This document shows, piece after piece, positions 48,251-62,727 of a DNA stretch of 64,000 nucleotides (its first letter is position 1; each line of letters opens with the position of its first letter). Source of the DNA: a bacterium. Lineage in GTDB: Bacteria > UBA8248. The stretch spans positions 1,408,001-1,472,000 of the forward strand of contig CBDBZY010000064.1 in the NCBI GenBank assembly GCA_965213685.1. Direction: 5' to 3'. Both the position numbers and the translations under genes were made by a program. The notes under the pieces are model-generated. The model was not told the origin of the DNA. It made no database searches and worked only from the letters and a program-made list of their open reading frames with translations.

Positions 48251-49059
48251 GTAGGGTACATGTACCTCCAAACAAGATACTAAAAAAAAGGATGCCAATG
48301 CACCTGTACAGTGTACATGGACATCATTACTCACTTGTTTAAAGTGATGCCCAAGTGGAACATACGGCACCTCTCTAAGTACATGTACGTGCAGAAAAGG
48401 TATTTGCTGACCACACTCTTCTGCTTACTAAACACTGTATTATGCTGGCATATGCTCCTGTGCTATGTGTATCATATTATGCCCAAAATTATGCTGGCAT
48501 AATCCGCCAAGGCCCAGTCAAACTACTGTACATGTAGTTCCTAGCCCACCCCTAGCCCTTGCTTCATACACAACTAACCATACCTCATACAACTAACCAT
48601 ACTTCATACACAACTAACCATAGTTGTAGTCCCTGGCCTACCCTTAGTCCTTGCCCCATCATGAGACCAAACTGCCCTGTGGAAACTTTTTACTTCGTGC
48701 TGTCAGTTCGCTTATTCATGTGATGTGGCAGGGGCTAGGGATAAGCTAGGGGCTACAAGACTAGTTTGACTATGCTAAAATCTTTTTCCACACATACATG
48801 TACATGTACTTAGTGAGGTGCCACGTTCCACTTGATCTGACAGTTGTAGGGTCATGACTCCGTGAGGCTTTGATGAACACAGCTACAATGGCTTAACTGG
48901 TTTTCAGCTTTTCAGCTCTCAAAGTACAGTAGATCATTGGCACTTTTATGATGCTTTCAATAGTCTTTTAACACCATGCTTGGTAATAGAATGACCAAAC
49001 AATCATTGCAACAATTACATGATTATTACACTGCCAAAAGTACGGTCATCTACTTGTTG

Positions 49060-49446
49060 GAAGTTGCTTAGCAACTGAAATTTAAAGGCCCATATCTTGA
49101 AGCTGAAGTGGTAGAGGAGATCATGAGGTGGCTAGAGTGAGTAGGCCCGCAACTTCCAACAAAAGTTACATGACCCTAATTGGGATGCATTCGCCCATGC
49201 AGCTCATGCATCCCAATTTAGGGTCATGTAACTATAATATGTTGTTTGTACATGTATGTACATTTGTTAGCTGTTGCTTAGCAACCAAAATTTCAAAGGC
49301 CCATATCTCGAAGCTGAAGTGGTAGAGGAGGTCATTGGGTGGCTAGGGTTAGTGGGCACCGCAACAGCTAACAAATTTGTTGCAAGACCCTAATTGGGAT
49401 GCATTCGCCCATGCAGCTCATGCATCCCAATTAGGGTCTTGCAACA
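49060..49446. repeat. Tandem duplication of ~210-bp unit, each ending in a ~27-bp-stem hairpin
   Basis: TTGCTTAGCAAC..GAAGCTGAAGTGGTAGAGGAG twice; hairpins at 49164-49233 and 49378-49446. Confidence 0.85.
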
Positions 49447-50807
49447 TGTGTACATGTACATGTACATGTATGTATGGGAGTGTGCAAGCAAATCAGGGCA
49501 TAGAAAGACTACACAAGTAACCTCATCTGTGCATCTTTTTCTTTAAATGGAACATTCTTCTAGTCTCTGCTACGATACTGCATTGTGCAGTTAAGGATGG
49601 TTGGACATCATGAATATTAATGAGGCGACTTGTTGCTATGGAATTATATTTCGGAAAGTATGCTAGCTATAAACGCTGCGATTGTGCCATTATAATGCCT
49701 GCACGCACTACTGCTGATATACAAAGCTTCAGAACTCGCATATCAGATGCTGAAGTGGTAAAATCTTGTTTTGATAAAACTTCCTAACAAAGTCACCTAC
49801 CTCCTTGAAACTTGGGTACTAGGGCTATTCACACTAGACGAATTGATTAATGTGGCCATTTTCACTCTAGCATACACACAAGCACGCGTTTTTGAAAGTT
49901 TCTCAGCGTTGGAGTGTTGAATGTGGAATAACTCCATGTTATGGTCTGCGCCACCTGCTCAGGATGACGCAACGGCTGGAAATCCCATTCCCAAACAACC
50001 CGGAAGAGTTTTACAGAGTTATGCACGCTTAATTGCTACGGCATACAAGGATTTCGTAGTTTTCATGGCAACACCGCAGGAATGTACGTTACGTACCAAT
50101 TAACCTTGTATGCGGACCGAGCCCAATACGTCATCTGGCCGTGAGATCGAGAGCGAGCTAGGAGCAGGCGAAGGGAAGCTTTTGGGTATGTGGTGGCTTT
50201 TAGAAAGGCTGGTTAGAGAGAAAGAAAAAGAAGAAAAGGCAATTAGGGCAGGAAAGTGGGACCCTGAATCAACAGTACAGCACGGTCTCTCTCAGCTTCT
50301 GTCTTACTCTGTACTCCCCGTTGCCAAAGAATGCTATGGAACTCGTCACTTGTCGCACACTGAGACGACCTCACTTCACATACGGCTGAATATGTCAAGT
50401 GAAAGGTGCTGCTCCAGGTGCTTGGCTTGGGTAACAGTGACACGCTTCTCCAGAGACTGAAGAAGCGTGCACATCCGACCTCTCTGTTCCTTATGACCAT
50501 AGACTGCAAAATGAGCCTATAGCATGCACTTGTACATGTAGCTACAAAGGAACTGCAATGTAAATGTGTGCAGCTGTTGCATGTTTGTGGTTTCCACTAA
50601 TTAACCCATGATGCACATTCCCATAGTAGCCATATCTGACCACCCTTTAAAAAAATGAAAAAATACGTAGGAATGGAGTTATAATGTATTTGTGTAGCTT
50701 TTCCATGCCCTGACTTGCTTGCACACTGCCATACATGTACATGGAAATTGTTTTGTAATACTTTTTATGCCTTTTCTGTTGTAACATAGTACCCCAAAGG
50801 AGGACTA

Positions 50808-51020
<213 letters not shown>

Positions 51021-51234
51021 TTATACATGAACTTACATGCATAGTGCACTACAAATAACAGAAAGAAAGATTACAGAGGAGAATAAAAGAAAGACCACAC
51101 ACTAAATTTACAACAGCCTCAATGGCTTAGAAAAGTTTTAATATTTAGAAAACAGCCTCAATGGCTTAGATATCTCCAATAACCTCAGCTTAGAAAAATT
51201 CCTCTCCCACAACTTTAGCAGCTTAAAAAAGTAT

Positions 51235-52985
51235 TACTCTCTATGTAGGGATGGCGCCAGTCCGTCCATAGTGTGCGTACATTGGAAAGCTCGCAAACGC
51301 TCGTGTTCTAAGCCTTTCAGAACACCTAGGTATCCTATTCCGACACTTCTCTACCCAATGACACCACCCAGGTAGCTTAAATGTATCCCTAGACTTACTG
51401 CCAGGAAACGGGCGAAGTGGTGATTGATTTTTTTCCTGATTCTTCTTCTTCTTAAGAGATTTCTTTCAAACGACTACTGGCAGAAGTAATCGCCGTAGTT
51501 CTTTACAGATCAACTATAATCACTACTGCGTATGATCCACCTTAAGGCATCTTGGCATCTTAACATCTTCTCAAATAAGCAGAAAGTAGACGTACTGGAC
51601 AACATGCCCATATTTGTAAGCCATTTTCTAACAATTGTCACGTGACACAGATTGCAAGCACGTGAGGGCTGGCCTCATGTGCTGCGTGCAATCGTGTCAA
51701 GCCGTACTCTAGTAATCCCAAGCGAAAGCTACTATAGGGGCCGAGTGGCCTGTGTCAGCCGTATCTTACTTCACTGTTGTTCCAGAGTTGGTAAATGGGA
51801 TCAACTGGACTTGACGGCCCCAGTGTGTAATCACTTATGCAACAGGTTTTAGCTGTTCCCTAGCCTGTACCTAGCTTACCCCTAACCCTTGCCTGTCACA
51901 TGACTAACCATAGTCATACTAGTCCCTAGCCTACTCCTTGCCCTTGCCGTCACATGACCGTGCAAAGAGCAACTATTGAAAGTACATCCTTGTGGTCGTG
52001 TGATGGGGCAAGGGCTAGGGGTAGGCTAGAAACTAGTAGGACAATGGCTAGTTGTGTGATGAGGCAAGGGCTAGGGGTAGGCTAGGTACAAGTTAGGGAA
52101 CAGCTAAAACCTGTTGCAGAAGTGATTATATTCCATCAACTCCAGTTAATCCGCTCGTGTTAGGCTTTTCAAGCCCTTTGAGCACAGTGGCGATATTCCA
52201 GCGTCTCTCTACCAAATGATACACCCTCCAAGAATCAAAGTTACATCACTGAGCTTCACTTCCGAGTATGATCCCAAGGAAACGGAATCTTAGCAAATTG
52301 TGGTGAACAGTATGTACTATGACATGATCTGGTCATAGAGTCGGTAGTTCTCAGAGGCTAGGTTGGGATGGCACCGACTTGCTCATAGAGTGTGCACATA
52401 AACCTTCTAAAGTCCCCACCGCTAACGTTTTAGCCGTTATAGGCACTTACATTTATCTTTTTTCAGCGTTTCTTTACCCAACGATATTTCCCAAGTAGAT
52501 AAAGTATAAGTTTTGAGGGGCTCAGTCCTTCTTCCACAAACACACTACCATACATTCATATTCAAGGAGTTGGTGCTTAACTTAGAGAAGGCCTCTTGTA
52601 TGGTACTGTGGTACAGCAAAAAAGCATACAAACAAGTATGAAAAACATTTTCCAAAAATGTAGAAGGATGTAGGGATGGCAGTGCCAAAAACCACACAAA
52701 CTAGATGTATGGATGGCAGTGTGCAGAGGACTACACAAGTAACTCCATCCCTACATGTACATCTTTCTTTTTTGAATAGAACGTGTACATGTATCTAAAC
52801 TTTGTTGTGAGATTACTGGAAACAGTTTTGTGTGGATAACAAAAATAAAAAGAAAGATGTAGGGATGGGGGCTACTTGTGTAGTCCTCTGCACATTGCCA
52901 TCCATACATCTAGTTTGTGTGGCTTTTGGCACTGCCATCCCTACATCCTTCTACATTCTTGGAAAATGTTTTTCATACTTGTTTA
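51235..52985 (+). repeat. Copy of the 20575-type repeat family, with nested palindromic MITE 51829-52128 and terminal palindrome 52629-52984
   Basis: Aligns over >1 kb with 62728-64000; inner TAATCAC..AACAGGTTTTAGCTGTTCCCTA inverted at ~52090-52128. Confidence 0.75.
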
Positions 52986-53606
52986 TAGAAAATTATGAGT
53001 ACCCAGATTTGGGTATTTCCGGAACAGTGTATACCAGGCCACTTCTCCCCCCCCCCCCGCATGTGGCCCCTCCCCCTACACATGCCTCCCCCATGCGTCA
53101 TGGCCTGAATATGAGGCTACAGTTAGAACTAATGGAAGTGACATCATGACATCAGCATTAGTATGATGCAATTATGTTATTGTTGACTCAAGACATACAG
53201 TATATACTGCATACATGTACATGTACCATGCAGATCCTCTACCAACTGAGCTATTGAGGCAGCCCAGCTGGGCGGGCCGCATATTTAAAGGGCAGGGGCA
53301 TCTCTTTCCTGATAAACAGGATAATTCTATCTCAGTGATTAGGGGTAATTAACTGACTAAACTGTGAAATGCACTGAGCAATTACATGTATGTAGTAACC
53401 CTGTTTATCAGGGGAGAGACGCCATTTGCCTTGTATAAACTTTAAAGATTCGGTGGCTCAGCTGGTAGAGCGTCTGCCTGGAACGCAGAACATCGCGGTT
53501 TCAAGTCCCACCCAAGGCAGCTCTTCTTTTTCTCTTGGAAAACAGTAGTTGTCTTCAGGCGTCATTGCTTGGATTTGCCTTGTCTCTATGACTGATTATA
53601 CATGTA

Positions 53607-54077
53607 CAGTAGGCGTCATAAAGAAGTTTCTGTACTGTTCGGTTCCATTTGCGTTCTGTTTTGTGTACTATTTGCGTGGGATTTGTGTGGGGCTCTGTTC
53701 CATGTCCATTTACTGTTTGTCTAATTGTACATTCTCATAATTCCGGTACTCTACCAGTGCGAGTGCAAGGTACATGTACATGTACATGTTTTCTGCAGGT
53801 ACAGTCAACAGTTTTCGATTATTACACTAATGAGAAAATGCTTTTCTGTTACTCCGACGGTCGACAGTCCTTCGAGGTTCAGTGGTTTGACGCACGCACA
53901 AATGTTGCTCTTCCGTTTTCAAAAGTTCATGGACCATTTCGGTACTGTTCAAACAGCTTGCATTCTCTGTCCATTCACCATCCGTTCTCTGTCCACTTAA
54001 CGTCTGTTCTTTGTCCGTTTACTGTTCACCGAAAATGAAACGCAAACGGAACAGAAACCTTTTTATGACACCTACTG
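53607..54077. mobile_element. Tc1/mariner-type MITE
   Basis: TA|CAGTAGGCGTCATAAA..TTTATGACACCTACTG|TA, within TACATGTA. Confidence 0.8.
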
Positions 54078-54524
54078 TACATGTAAACTTGGTCATCGAG
54101 ACAAGGCAATTAATGCTAAGAAACCAGGCTTGAAGACATTTTCAGAGAGAAAATGAAGCTGCCTCAGAATGAACTTGAGCCTGTGACACACTGCATACCG
54201 TGCAGATGCTCTACCAACTGAGCTACTGAGGCAGGCCAGTTAGGCATGCTGAACCTTTAAAGGTTATGCAAGAGCAAGGGTATCTCTTCCTTGATAAACA
54301 GGGTAACTCTCTCTCTCAGTGCTAAAGAGTGAACATGTACATGTACAATGTACATGTAAACACAAGTCCTTTTGCCAGTCTGCTCTCTACTCCCTCTATG
54401 CGATAGGGGGCAGTGGAGTGTTGAGACGGTGTACACTGTACATGTGCATGAAAATATGGTACATGTACGAGGCCACTCAGCAAGTCTGTGGCAATACTGC
54501 GAGATGTGGACCCACAACAATATC

Positions 54525-55270
54525 TGCATTCGTTCCTAGGCTCTTTTCGGGGGAGGGGAAAAGAGCCTGGTACACACTGTTTGCGCATGCATTCAATTAA
54601 AGATTTGAAAACCACGTGTTTTAACGTAGGCGTATCGTGGATGACGTATGGAAGAGTAGAGGGCTTTGGCGAAACGTCACAGCGTTCACAATGGCTGGCG
54701 TATTCCTGCCGTTTGTGGCGAGCTCCTGTACTCGCCAAGCATGCAGCAGCTACTCTTAGGCCTACTGCAGCAAAGCAACGATGGTCTTCAAGAATTAGAG
54801 ACCACCTCGGCGTTCAAGTGCGGTTAGACAACGGCCTGCCTCAACACGTTTGTCTGAAGTGCAAACGTGAGCTGCAGACGGTGGAGGGAGCTGCTGAAGA
54901 TAGCGGTGAACAACGACAACGAGGCTGTTGTCTCTGCCAAGCTTCTTGTTAAACATGAACGGCAAACAGATAGACTTTCCGGATCCGGTAGATTAACCAC
55001 ACAAAAGCATCCTTGCCATCAAAAACACACTCTCTACAGGCCTTCTGTTCAGGTCTGAGGGACACAGACGAGTCTCCAACTGTCTCAAGCACGTACACAA
55101 GCGAACGCCCATCTCTCAACAATAACCGCTAACGTGTGACGTAATTAGTATGCGGAGGTGTTACAGCAGTATCCTATCGCCCTGGAATTCCAGGGCGATT
55201 ATATGCATGCACACACAGTGTGTACCAGGCCCTCTCCCGTGTGGGAGGGAGGGGCCTGGGTACGAGGCTA
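54525..55270 (+). mobile_element. TAG..CTA family element with zf-AD-like fragment
   Basis: Right end GGCCTGGGTACGAGGCTA; degenerate left end with hairpin AGGCTCTTTTC..GAAAAGAGCCT; internal RIRDHLGVQVRLDNGLPQHVCLKCKREL. Confidence 0.6.
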
Positions 55271-56037
55271 GCACACACATGTACATATACATGAGGAAAG
55301 GCTGGTCAACCGTGAAAAACCGGCAGCCACTCGGGATTGAACCAGGGGCCTCTGACTTTAGTCTTCAGTACTCTACCACCTGAGCTATGGCCACCAGGTG
55401 ACAGTCAGCCTTCACAATTCTCAATATCACTCCGTATGTGCCATCAGAATCCTGCTAGGGATCGACCGGTAACTCCTCTCCATCAGGGGAGAAGCCACAC
55501 TGAGTGAAAATATTCTGTTCATTCATAACAGTGCACGTGAAGCTGGGTCTCCCTAGGGAGCCACCGAACACAACACGCAAGCTACGTTATACATGTACGT
55601 GAGGAAAGGCTAGGGAATATTTTTAGAGAACCGTGAAAAACCGGCAGCCATCTCATGGGTACATGTACATGCATGTACATGTATGCATCTCATGGGTACA
55701 TGTACATGCATGTACATGTATGCATCTCATGGGTATATGTACATGCATGTATATACACATCAGTCAAAGAGACAAGGCAAGGGAAAGCATCTATGTCAAA
55801 AGACTGAGTATTAAAGGACCATACTCCACACTGAGTAATTACATGTGTGCTGTAAACATCAAAGAGACAAGGCAAGGAAAAACAATAAATGTACATGTAC
55901 ATGTACATGTACACCATACATGTATTTTTCTCACAAAAATATCAGCTGCCTCAGTTACATGTATATGTAGGACTCAAACCGGTGACATACAATGTACAAT
56001 GTACTGACACCATACAGATGCTCTACCAACCAAGCTA

Positions 56038-56310
<273 letters not shown>

Positions 56311-56710
56311 CTACATGTACATGTACATGTACATACATGTATACATTTGTGTGTGTGTGAGTACAGAATGATGGGGCAAGGAGAGAGAGAGAGAGAGTAA
56401 CAAAACAGTGGCCAAAGTTCCTGCAACTGCAATTGAACTTTTTGCATACATTGAACATGTAGTGTTAGCAAGCATGCTTGTCACAACCAGGCAGTCACTA
56501 AAAAACAACTGCAGTGTACATGTACATGTACAGTACATGTACCTCTCCTAATAAAGACCACTCAATAACAGCTGCCAAGAACTTTATATCGTACATGTAT
56601 TAAGGCCCACAAGCAGGCACTCATACATGTACATGTATGTACACATGTATAAGGGTGCCAGACTTAAATAAAAGCTTCTTAGGGAAGGAGAGAAAGTTTT
56701 GATAGGTATA

Positions 56711-57148
56711 CCGTATGGTGCTTATATTTTGTGGGTCAAAAATTTCATGAAAAGCAGTTTTTGACATTTTCGTTGAAATGATTTCGCGAAAATGCTCAGC
56801 ACACCCATGCGCGTAGGCACTAGGGGCTACTCTCCCAGGCACGAAAATATGGGCGGAGCATTGCAGCTCAATAGCAGTAGGAGGCTTAAGCGCAAGCTGT
56901 CACATGTGCCAACTCCCAAGGTTACAGCAACTGAGTGTGATTACCATGTTCATCAGGTACCTGTACATGTATTTTCAGCATATTATATTGGATCTGGTAG
57001 CTTTCAACTCTCTACGCCTGACACGCTTGTGGGATCATGCCTTTCAGTGGGCGGAGTCTCAAAAATTTCATTGAAATAATTTTGCAAACGCCTCCAAATT
57101 CACAAAATTCACAAAAATAAAGACCCGCGAAATATAAGCGCCATATGG
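56711..57148. mobile_element. Tc1/pogo-type MITE
   Basis: TA|CCGTATGGTGCTTATATTTTGTGGGTC..GACCCGCGAAATATAAGCGCCATATGG|TA. Confidence 0.78.
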
Positions 57149-57530
57149 TATACATGTACATGTACATGATTAATAATGGAGACACAATAAACAAAGCAAG
57201 GCATATACAAGGTTGCTGAGAACCCCCCAAAATTGCCATGTTTAACCTCACTGTTGCTAGGAAAGAGACTGTAAATTGAAAGGCTTTGGTGACACAAATA
57301 ACTTAAATCATGGCTGATTACAGTACATACATGTACATGTACATTACATGTACATTGCATCTGATATGAAGCAACCTACATGTACATGTATCTCAGGCAC
57401 TTCATGCCCTCAGATATCTGCTTTACACCACACACATGTATACAGTGTACATGTACATGCACATTGTAGTTACATGTACTGTACCTACACGCACATGTAC
57501 ATGTACATGTATAACACATCACATTAACTA

Positions 57531-57761
<231 letters not shown>

Positions 57762-57948
57762 CTAGGTGTGTGTGTGTGTGTGTGGGGGGGGGAGAAAAGA
57801 AAGGTAGGTAAAAGGAGAGGGGAGAAAGAGATATTATTTTTGTGTGTGGGAGGCCCTTGTCAGCATCATCAGTGCATGGCTGCCAAGTGTCTGCATAGGC
57901 TTTGTATGAATACAGGCCCAGTGTGCCTGTCTTCTTGCAGATAGTTAG

Positions 57949-58040
<92 letters not shown>

Positions 58041-59374
58041 CTGGTGGGTGGGTAAGACAGAGAGATACATGTATTTAGGAGAAAGGAAAGACTAGAGTTG
58101 GGAGGGCTTTTAATTGTTCACTTCACCAGCGGCAGTCCCTGGTGCCCAGGTAAACCTGACCTAATGCAAGCCAACAGGTAAATATTTAGCTTTAGGCCGG
58201 TCATCAGGAAAGTACCCAATTCCATCATAGTTTAACCACAGGTTTCGGCCCCCTTCCGACCCGTGGCTAACTCCGGAGTTGGGTGGGACCACTTCCATAA
58301 ATTGGAGTCTGGCATCCAAGATTAGTTTTAGAGAGATTTTTTGATGTGCCTAGTGAAAGTGTGCTGGACCAGTCATTTCACCAACGGAATAATCACGTGA
58401 ATTTGTTTGCAACGTGACATCATACGACCCTGGTGAACCGTGCAATGGAGCTGGGTGCACCTGTGCCAAAAGTGGCGTCGTTAACTCCAGACTCAAGAGT
58501 CAGTTGAGCGTCTAGTTTGTGTCCAGAGTCGATCCATTCCTGCTAGTACTAACAGTGGCAATTGCATTGGCTGAGTATTGAGGCCTAAAGCTCACTCATG
58601 TAAGTTGAGAACATTATGAAATTTAGATATGATGTGCACGGGACAGTGTTAGAGTGCCAGAGTGAACTGGGTCAATAGTGCATGTTCAGAAAAAATTCGA
58701 CGGTATGTGTTATTATATGGACAATTAAATGTAGACCAAAATACACATACATGTGAAACGCAGAAGTTCCATCACATTTTGTGAGCTAGTCTTCTGAATC
58801 TGATGAGTGCTGGGTGTTTTCACTTTTATCATGGCTGTTACCAAATACCCACACCATCCAGGTCCTCATCAATTTCTTCTTCAATGGACAAGTGGTGTAG
58901 GGGGATGTTTGTCACAGACTTAGGGGTAGCTGTGTTACAGCAGTTCCTGCACTCACACCCCTCTGAGCAGTGCTTCCATTCTTTTTACAGCCATGTATTC
59001 TCACATATTGTGTCAGGCTTACATACGTGAATGGATATATAATGGTGCGGTAGCTCTACCTAGTCAGAATGAACATTCTCACTCCAAATTGCAACGGAGC
59101 TATGGACTATAAATTATGTGTAGACAGCTGACTACTTGCGTTCACAAAACAAATACTCTCCTCCTGCCTCTGAGTCGTAATGATCATGCGACGCAATAGT
59201 TACGTAGTTTCCAATCCTGGTTATGTAGTCTATAGTATCTATGGTTCTAGTAGGCTGCACGCTTGCTTGTGGGTAAATGCATAGAAGAAATGGGTAATCC
59301 GTATGTCTGCATACAAAAGGAATGTTTGCTCTTATTTGACTCCAATGAATTAGGCAGTATGTGGATGTTTTGCA

Positions 59375-59435
<61 letters not shown>

Positions 59436-60505
59436 ACGTGCGTGTGCATGTGTGCATGTGAGTTTGTGTATGTGTGTGTGTGTGATTGAGGATAAGCATA
59501 CAGTTTAACAATTGGAAGAAAATGCACATGTACATGTACATGTACATGTACATGTAGTAGTGGAAGAAGTCATATGTTTTGTGGTGGAGCCACCATTCCA
59601 CATATGCCAAATGTTGACTTCCATTGGCACGCACTGTACAATATGCATGTACATGTACATGTACATCATAAAACTCTATTATGTACTGTACATGTAGACT
59701 CAGTGAAAGAGACAAGTTATTGCTACACCTGAAGACAGCCATTTTTTCACATGGGGGTGATGCAACTGTGTGATCAAATGACATTCTGGTAGCCAACTGA
59801 GCTGATTGTACATGTGGGCACCCCAGCCTATGAATATTGTTATATTATGTTGGTCACTGTCTTATGCAATACTGATTGACCCTACAGGTTCAACAATAGG
59901 CACACTAACAAACACACAATATGTGTACATGTCAGGTACATGTACATGTACAGTACAACATGTACAAGTACAGGTGCAACAGTTTTATCGAAAAGTCAAG
60001 ATGGTAGAGCGACGTCACTTACATGAACCTCCCCAGAACAAAGAGAATTAAGTCAAAAAGCTACTTTCTGAGTACACCTAGCATCCACGTACATTTGCAT
60101 ACATGTACAAACACACGATCAAATCTGGTGGGCCAGAGCAAGCTAGGCAAATGGCAGACAGGTGTTTGAGCGCCATGTACGCACAGGTTGTACCAGTTTT
60201 AAGTACCCCAACATGAGCCTAGTGATTGTGGTTTCAGGGATACATCCACCACAAACAACAGAACTACACCCTAGGGGGAAAAAACACATCAAAAACATAA
60301 TGCCACAGTACAGGGATAGTATGGCAACACGTACATGCACAGTACATACACGTATGTAGCTTGAGTGATACGAACGTGAGCACATGCGACTTTCACACAC
60401 TTTCCCACTTTACATTTCGTGTCTAATGTTACACACAAACCCCGGGAAACCCACTCGATAAAACTAAGCAACGGTCAACGCACTCAACGAGAAAATCAAG
60501 CTAAC

Positions 60506-60607
60506 TTTTTCACAGAGCACTTTGACTTGGCCTTCCTCTAGCTGTTTACAGTCCTCTAGATTAGAAATCCACTCGTCCAGCTCCTTAGCCACGATCTTGT
60601 CCTCCAT
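60506..60607 (-). CDS. PPP2CA: PP2A catalytic subunit, exon 1
   Basis: MEDKIVAKELDEWISNLEDCKQLEEGQVKVLCEK; GT donor at 60504-05; 102 nt; spliced CDS totals 930 nt = 309 aa. Confidence 0.95.
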
Positions 60608-60639
60608 CGTAAGTAGCGGTTGTCTAGCCCAGCCAAGTT

Positions 60640-61000
60640 TAATCACTCACGTGCGAGAGCCATGAAAGTCACATGACAATAACCTCCCAGCGCGCGCGCG
60701 CAGCGCAGACTGTGTCTCATGCCCAGACGCCCCATATGGCAATATGGCCATGTAGGGTCCCTGTAAGTCCATGCATGGCCTATACGGCTCAGGCTCTTGG
60801 GAGGGGCTTGTACGAGGCTAACAGTGAGCCATGCATGGGTGTGGTAGTCTCATGAAGGCCAATCAGATTGCCGCAACGCACATGTCACGCAAATGTCACA
60901 TGATGTAGGCTCTGCCGCACTTGACAAGCATGCATGGGTACGTCACTGAGCTAGGCAAATGAAGGCGGGGGCGGAGCTTGTTCTCATCGTTGGGAAGTAG
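60640..61000 (-). promoter_or_regulatory. Putative PP2A-C promoter region
   Basis: CpG-rich stretch immediately upstream of the ATG, with CCAAT (60859) and GC-box-like GGGGCGGAG (~60968). Confidence 0.4.
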
Positions 61001-62510
61001 CCGGGACACTCTATTAGCGGCTAACTGTTGTAAGCGCCGAGAAGGGTTGACGTATTTCACAACAATGGTAGTCCTATCATAGATATAATAGCTCCGTACG
61101 GAGCTATTATATCTATGGTCCTATAGATCTCCCACCTGCTTTTGTGCGCAAGTGCCATACACTGGCTCTCACAGCAGACGTACGCGTGTATGTAGTAGCA
61201 TGGATAGAAGGTTGTAGATGAGTTATGGAGGCTAGAGGGAATGTGTCGACAGCCATTTGCGAGTACCAATTTCAAACATGAGCTGTTCTGAGGTTAGAGC
61301 CAAATACTGGCACGTGCGATGAGCTAGCAATCACATGATTAGCAAATGACGTAGAGTAAGTGACCCAGTTATGGGACAACAATCCTGCCCACAAAAACCT
61401 ACCATTTGTATGCAGGAAACTAAAACTTTGCACCCACAACCACTATTGTATAGAGAACTTGTACCACAATTACTATCTCATGCTGTGTTATTGATTGCCA
61501 TAAAATGGATATTTATTATTGTGGGACAAGGTACCTATTATGGGACAGTTAAGAAAAGTAGACGGAACAAGTGAATAACTGTTCAACAAACTTCACACAT
61601 ACGACTACCGCAGAACTCACACCACAAGTACCACATCATAAGGTTTTTGAGATCATAGTCAACAATTAACATTTCTATCTCTGCCTTGGTGTATCTATTA
61701 TGAGACACTATTTGTGTATTATTGGACAACGCATCTTTCAGGAAAACCAGGTGAACTAGTAAAACACCATATTCAACTGCATATGACCAAAGTAATTCAC
61801 CTAAGGGCAATGACATTTAGTATTAACTAATGTCTCATTATACCCTCTGTCTCACAATAGGGACACTAACTCATGAAAAGGAAATCAACTAACTGTCCCA
61901 GACTGGGTGGTCTGGAAACGAGACTAGAATCAGACTCAGGTGGAGAGGCATGGTTTACGAGACTATGGGTGTGGACGTGGGGCATCTGAGCACAAGACTA
62001 AGCACACAATGTACATATATAGTCGTCGTTCCCAGACAACTGGCTGCTCATAACTGCATCCATGGGTAGGTTATGGTTACGCAGGTTCACTGACTGTTGG
62101 CACTTCCAGTGTTTTGTGGTTCGTTATGATTTGAAGGTCAACACAACTCCTCAGTCATTGATGCAAGATGTATGCTGCATCAGAGGTACACAGGTGTGGC
62201 TATTAATTTTTTATGTACTACATATGGTTATCCTTGCTTAATCTACTTATACAATACAAGTTCCACAGGGTATTCATTTGATCTACATACTACTATGAGG
62301 ATATGACTAAAACAGAACATTCGTCAGGAGATTGATACTGTACAAAATGTAATAAAACATATAGTGTACATGTATTCACAGCCAGTATGTAAACAAATCG
62401 ACTGTATATACACAGGTATAAAAATATTGTCATTACAGATGATATAAAATTACACCAGAACATGTGTACACATATACACCTACACAAAAGGATGGTTGTA
62501 GTGTCAGTAG

Positions 62511-62668
62511 TCACATTTTAGTCTCCCAACCTTGTTCAACTGTGAGTTCTATCTCTCCAGCATAAGCCTCTTCCAATCCAGCCAACACCATGCTGCCTGC
62601 AAAAAGTTTTCTCCCCAAGTGTTCTTCGGGCAGTGACTGCAGAGGGACATTAACACATCCCAGGAAGT
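62511..62668 (-). CDS. Terminal exon of a C2-domain-like gene extending beyond the window
   Basis: Pyrimidine tract + CAG acceptor at 62669-70; DFLGCVNVPLQSL..GEIELTVE resembles the last strands of a C2 domain; stop TGA. Confidence 0.6.
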
Positions 62669-62727
62669 CTGGAGTTGTTGGAGGGTAGGCAAAAGGAGAG
62701 GAGTCAAAGGTATACATGAAAATAATT

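Noticed and set aside
53450-53520. tRNA genes at 48090, 53450, 54170, 55330
   Set aside because: Broken stems and shared non-tRNA flanks indicate SINEs.
58930-59030. CxC-like remnant (HCSEGCECRNCCN, minus strand), possibly an Academ C-terminal zinc cluster
   Set aside because: Too short, contains a stop, and no element ends could be defined.
61890-61926. Another TAG..CTA mini-element
   Set aside because: Left end and TSD too degenerate to support.
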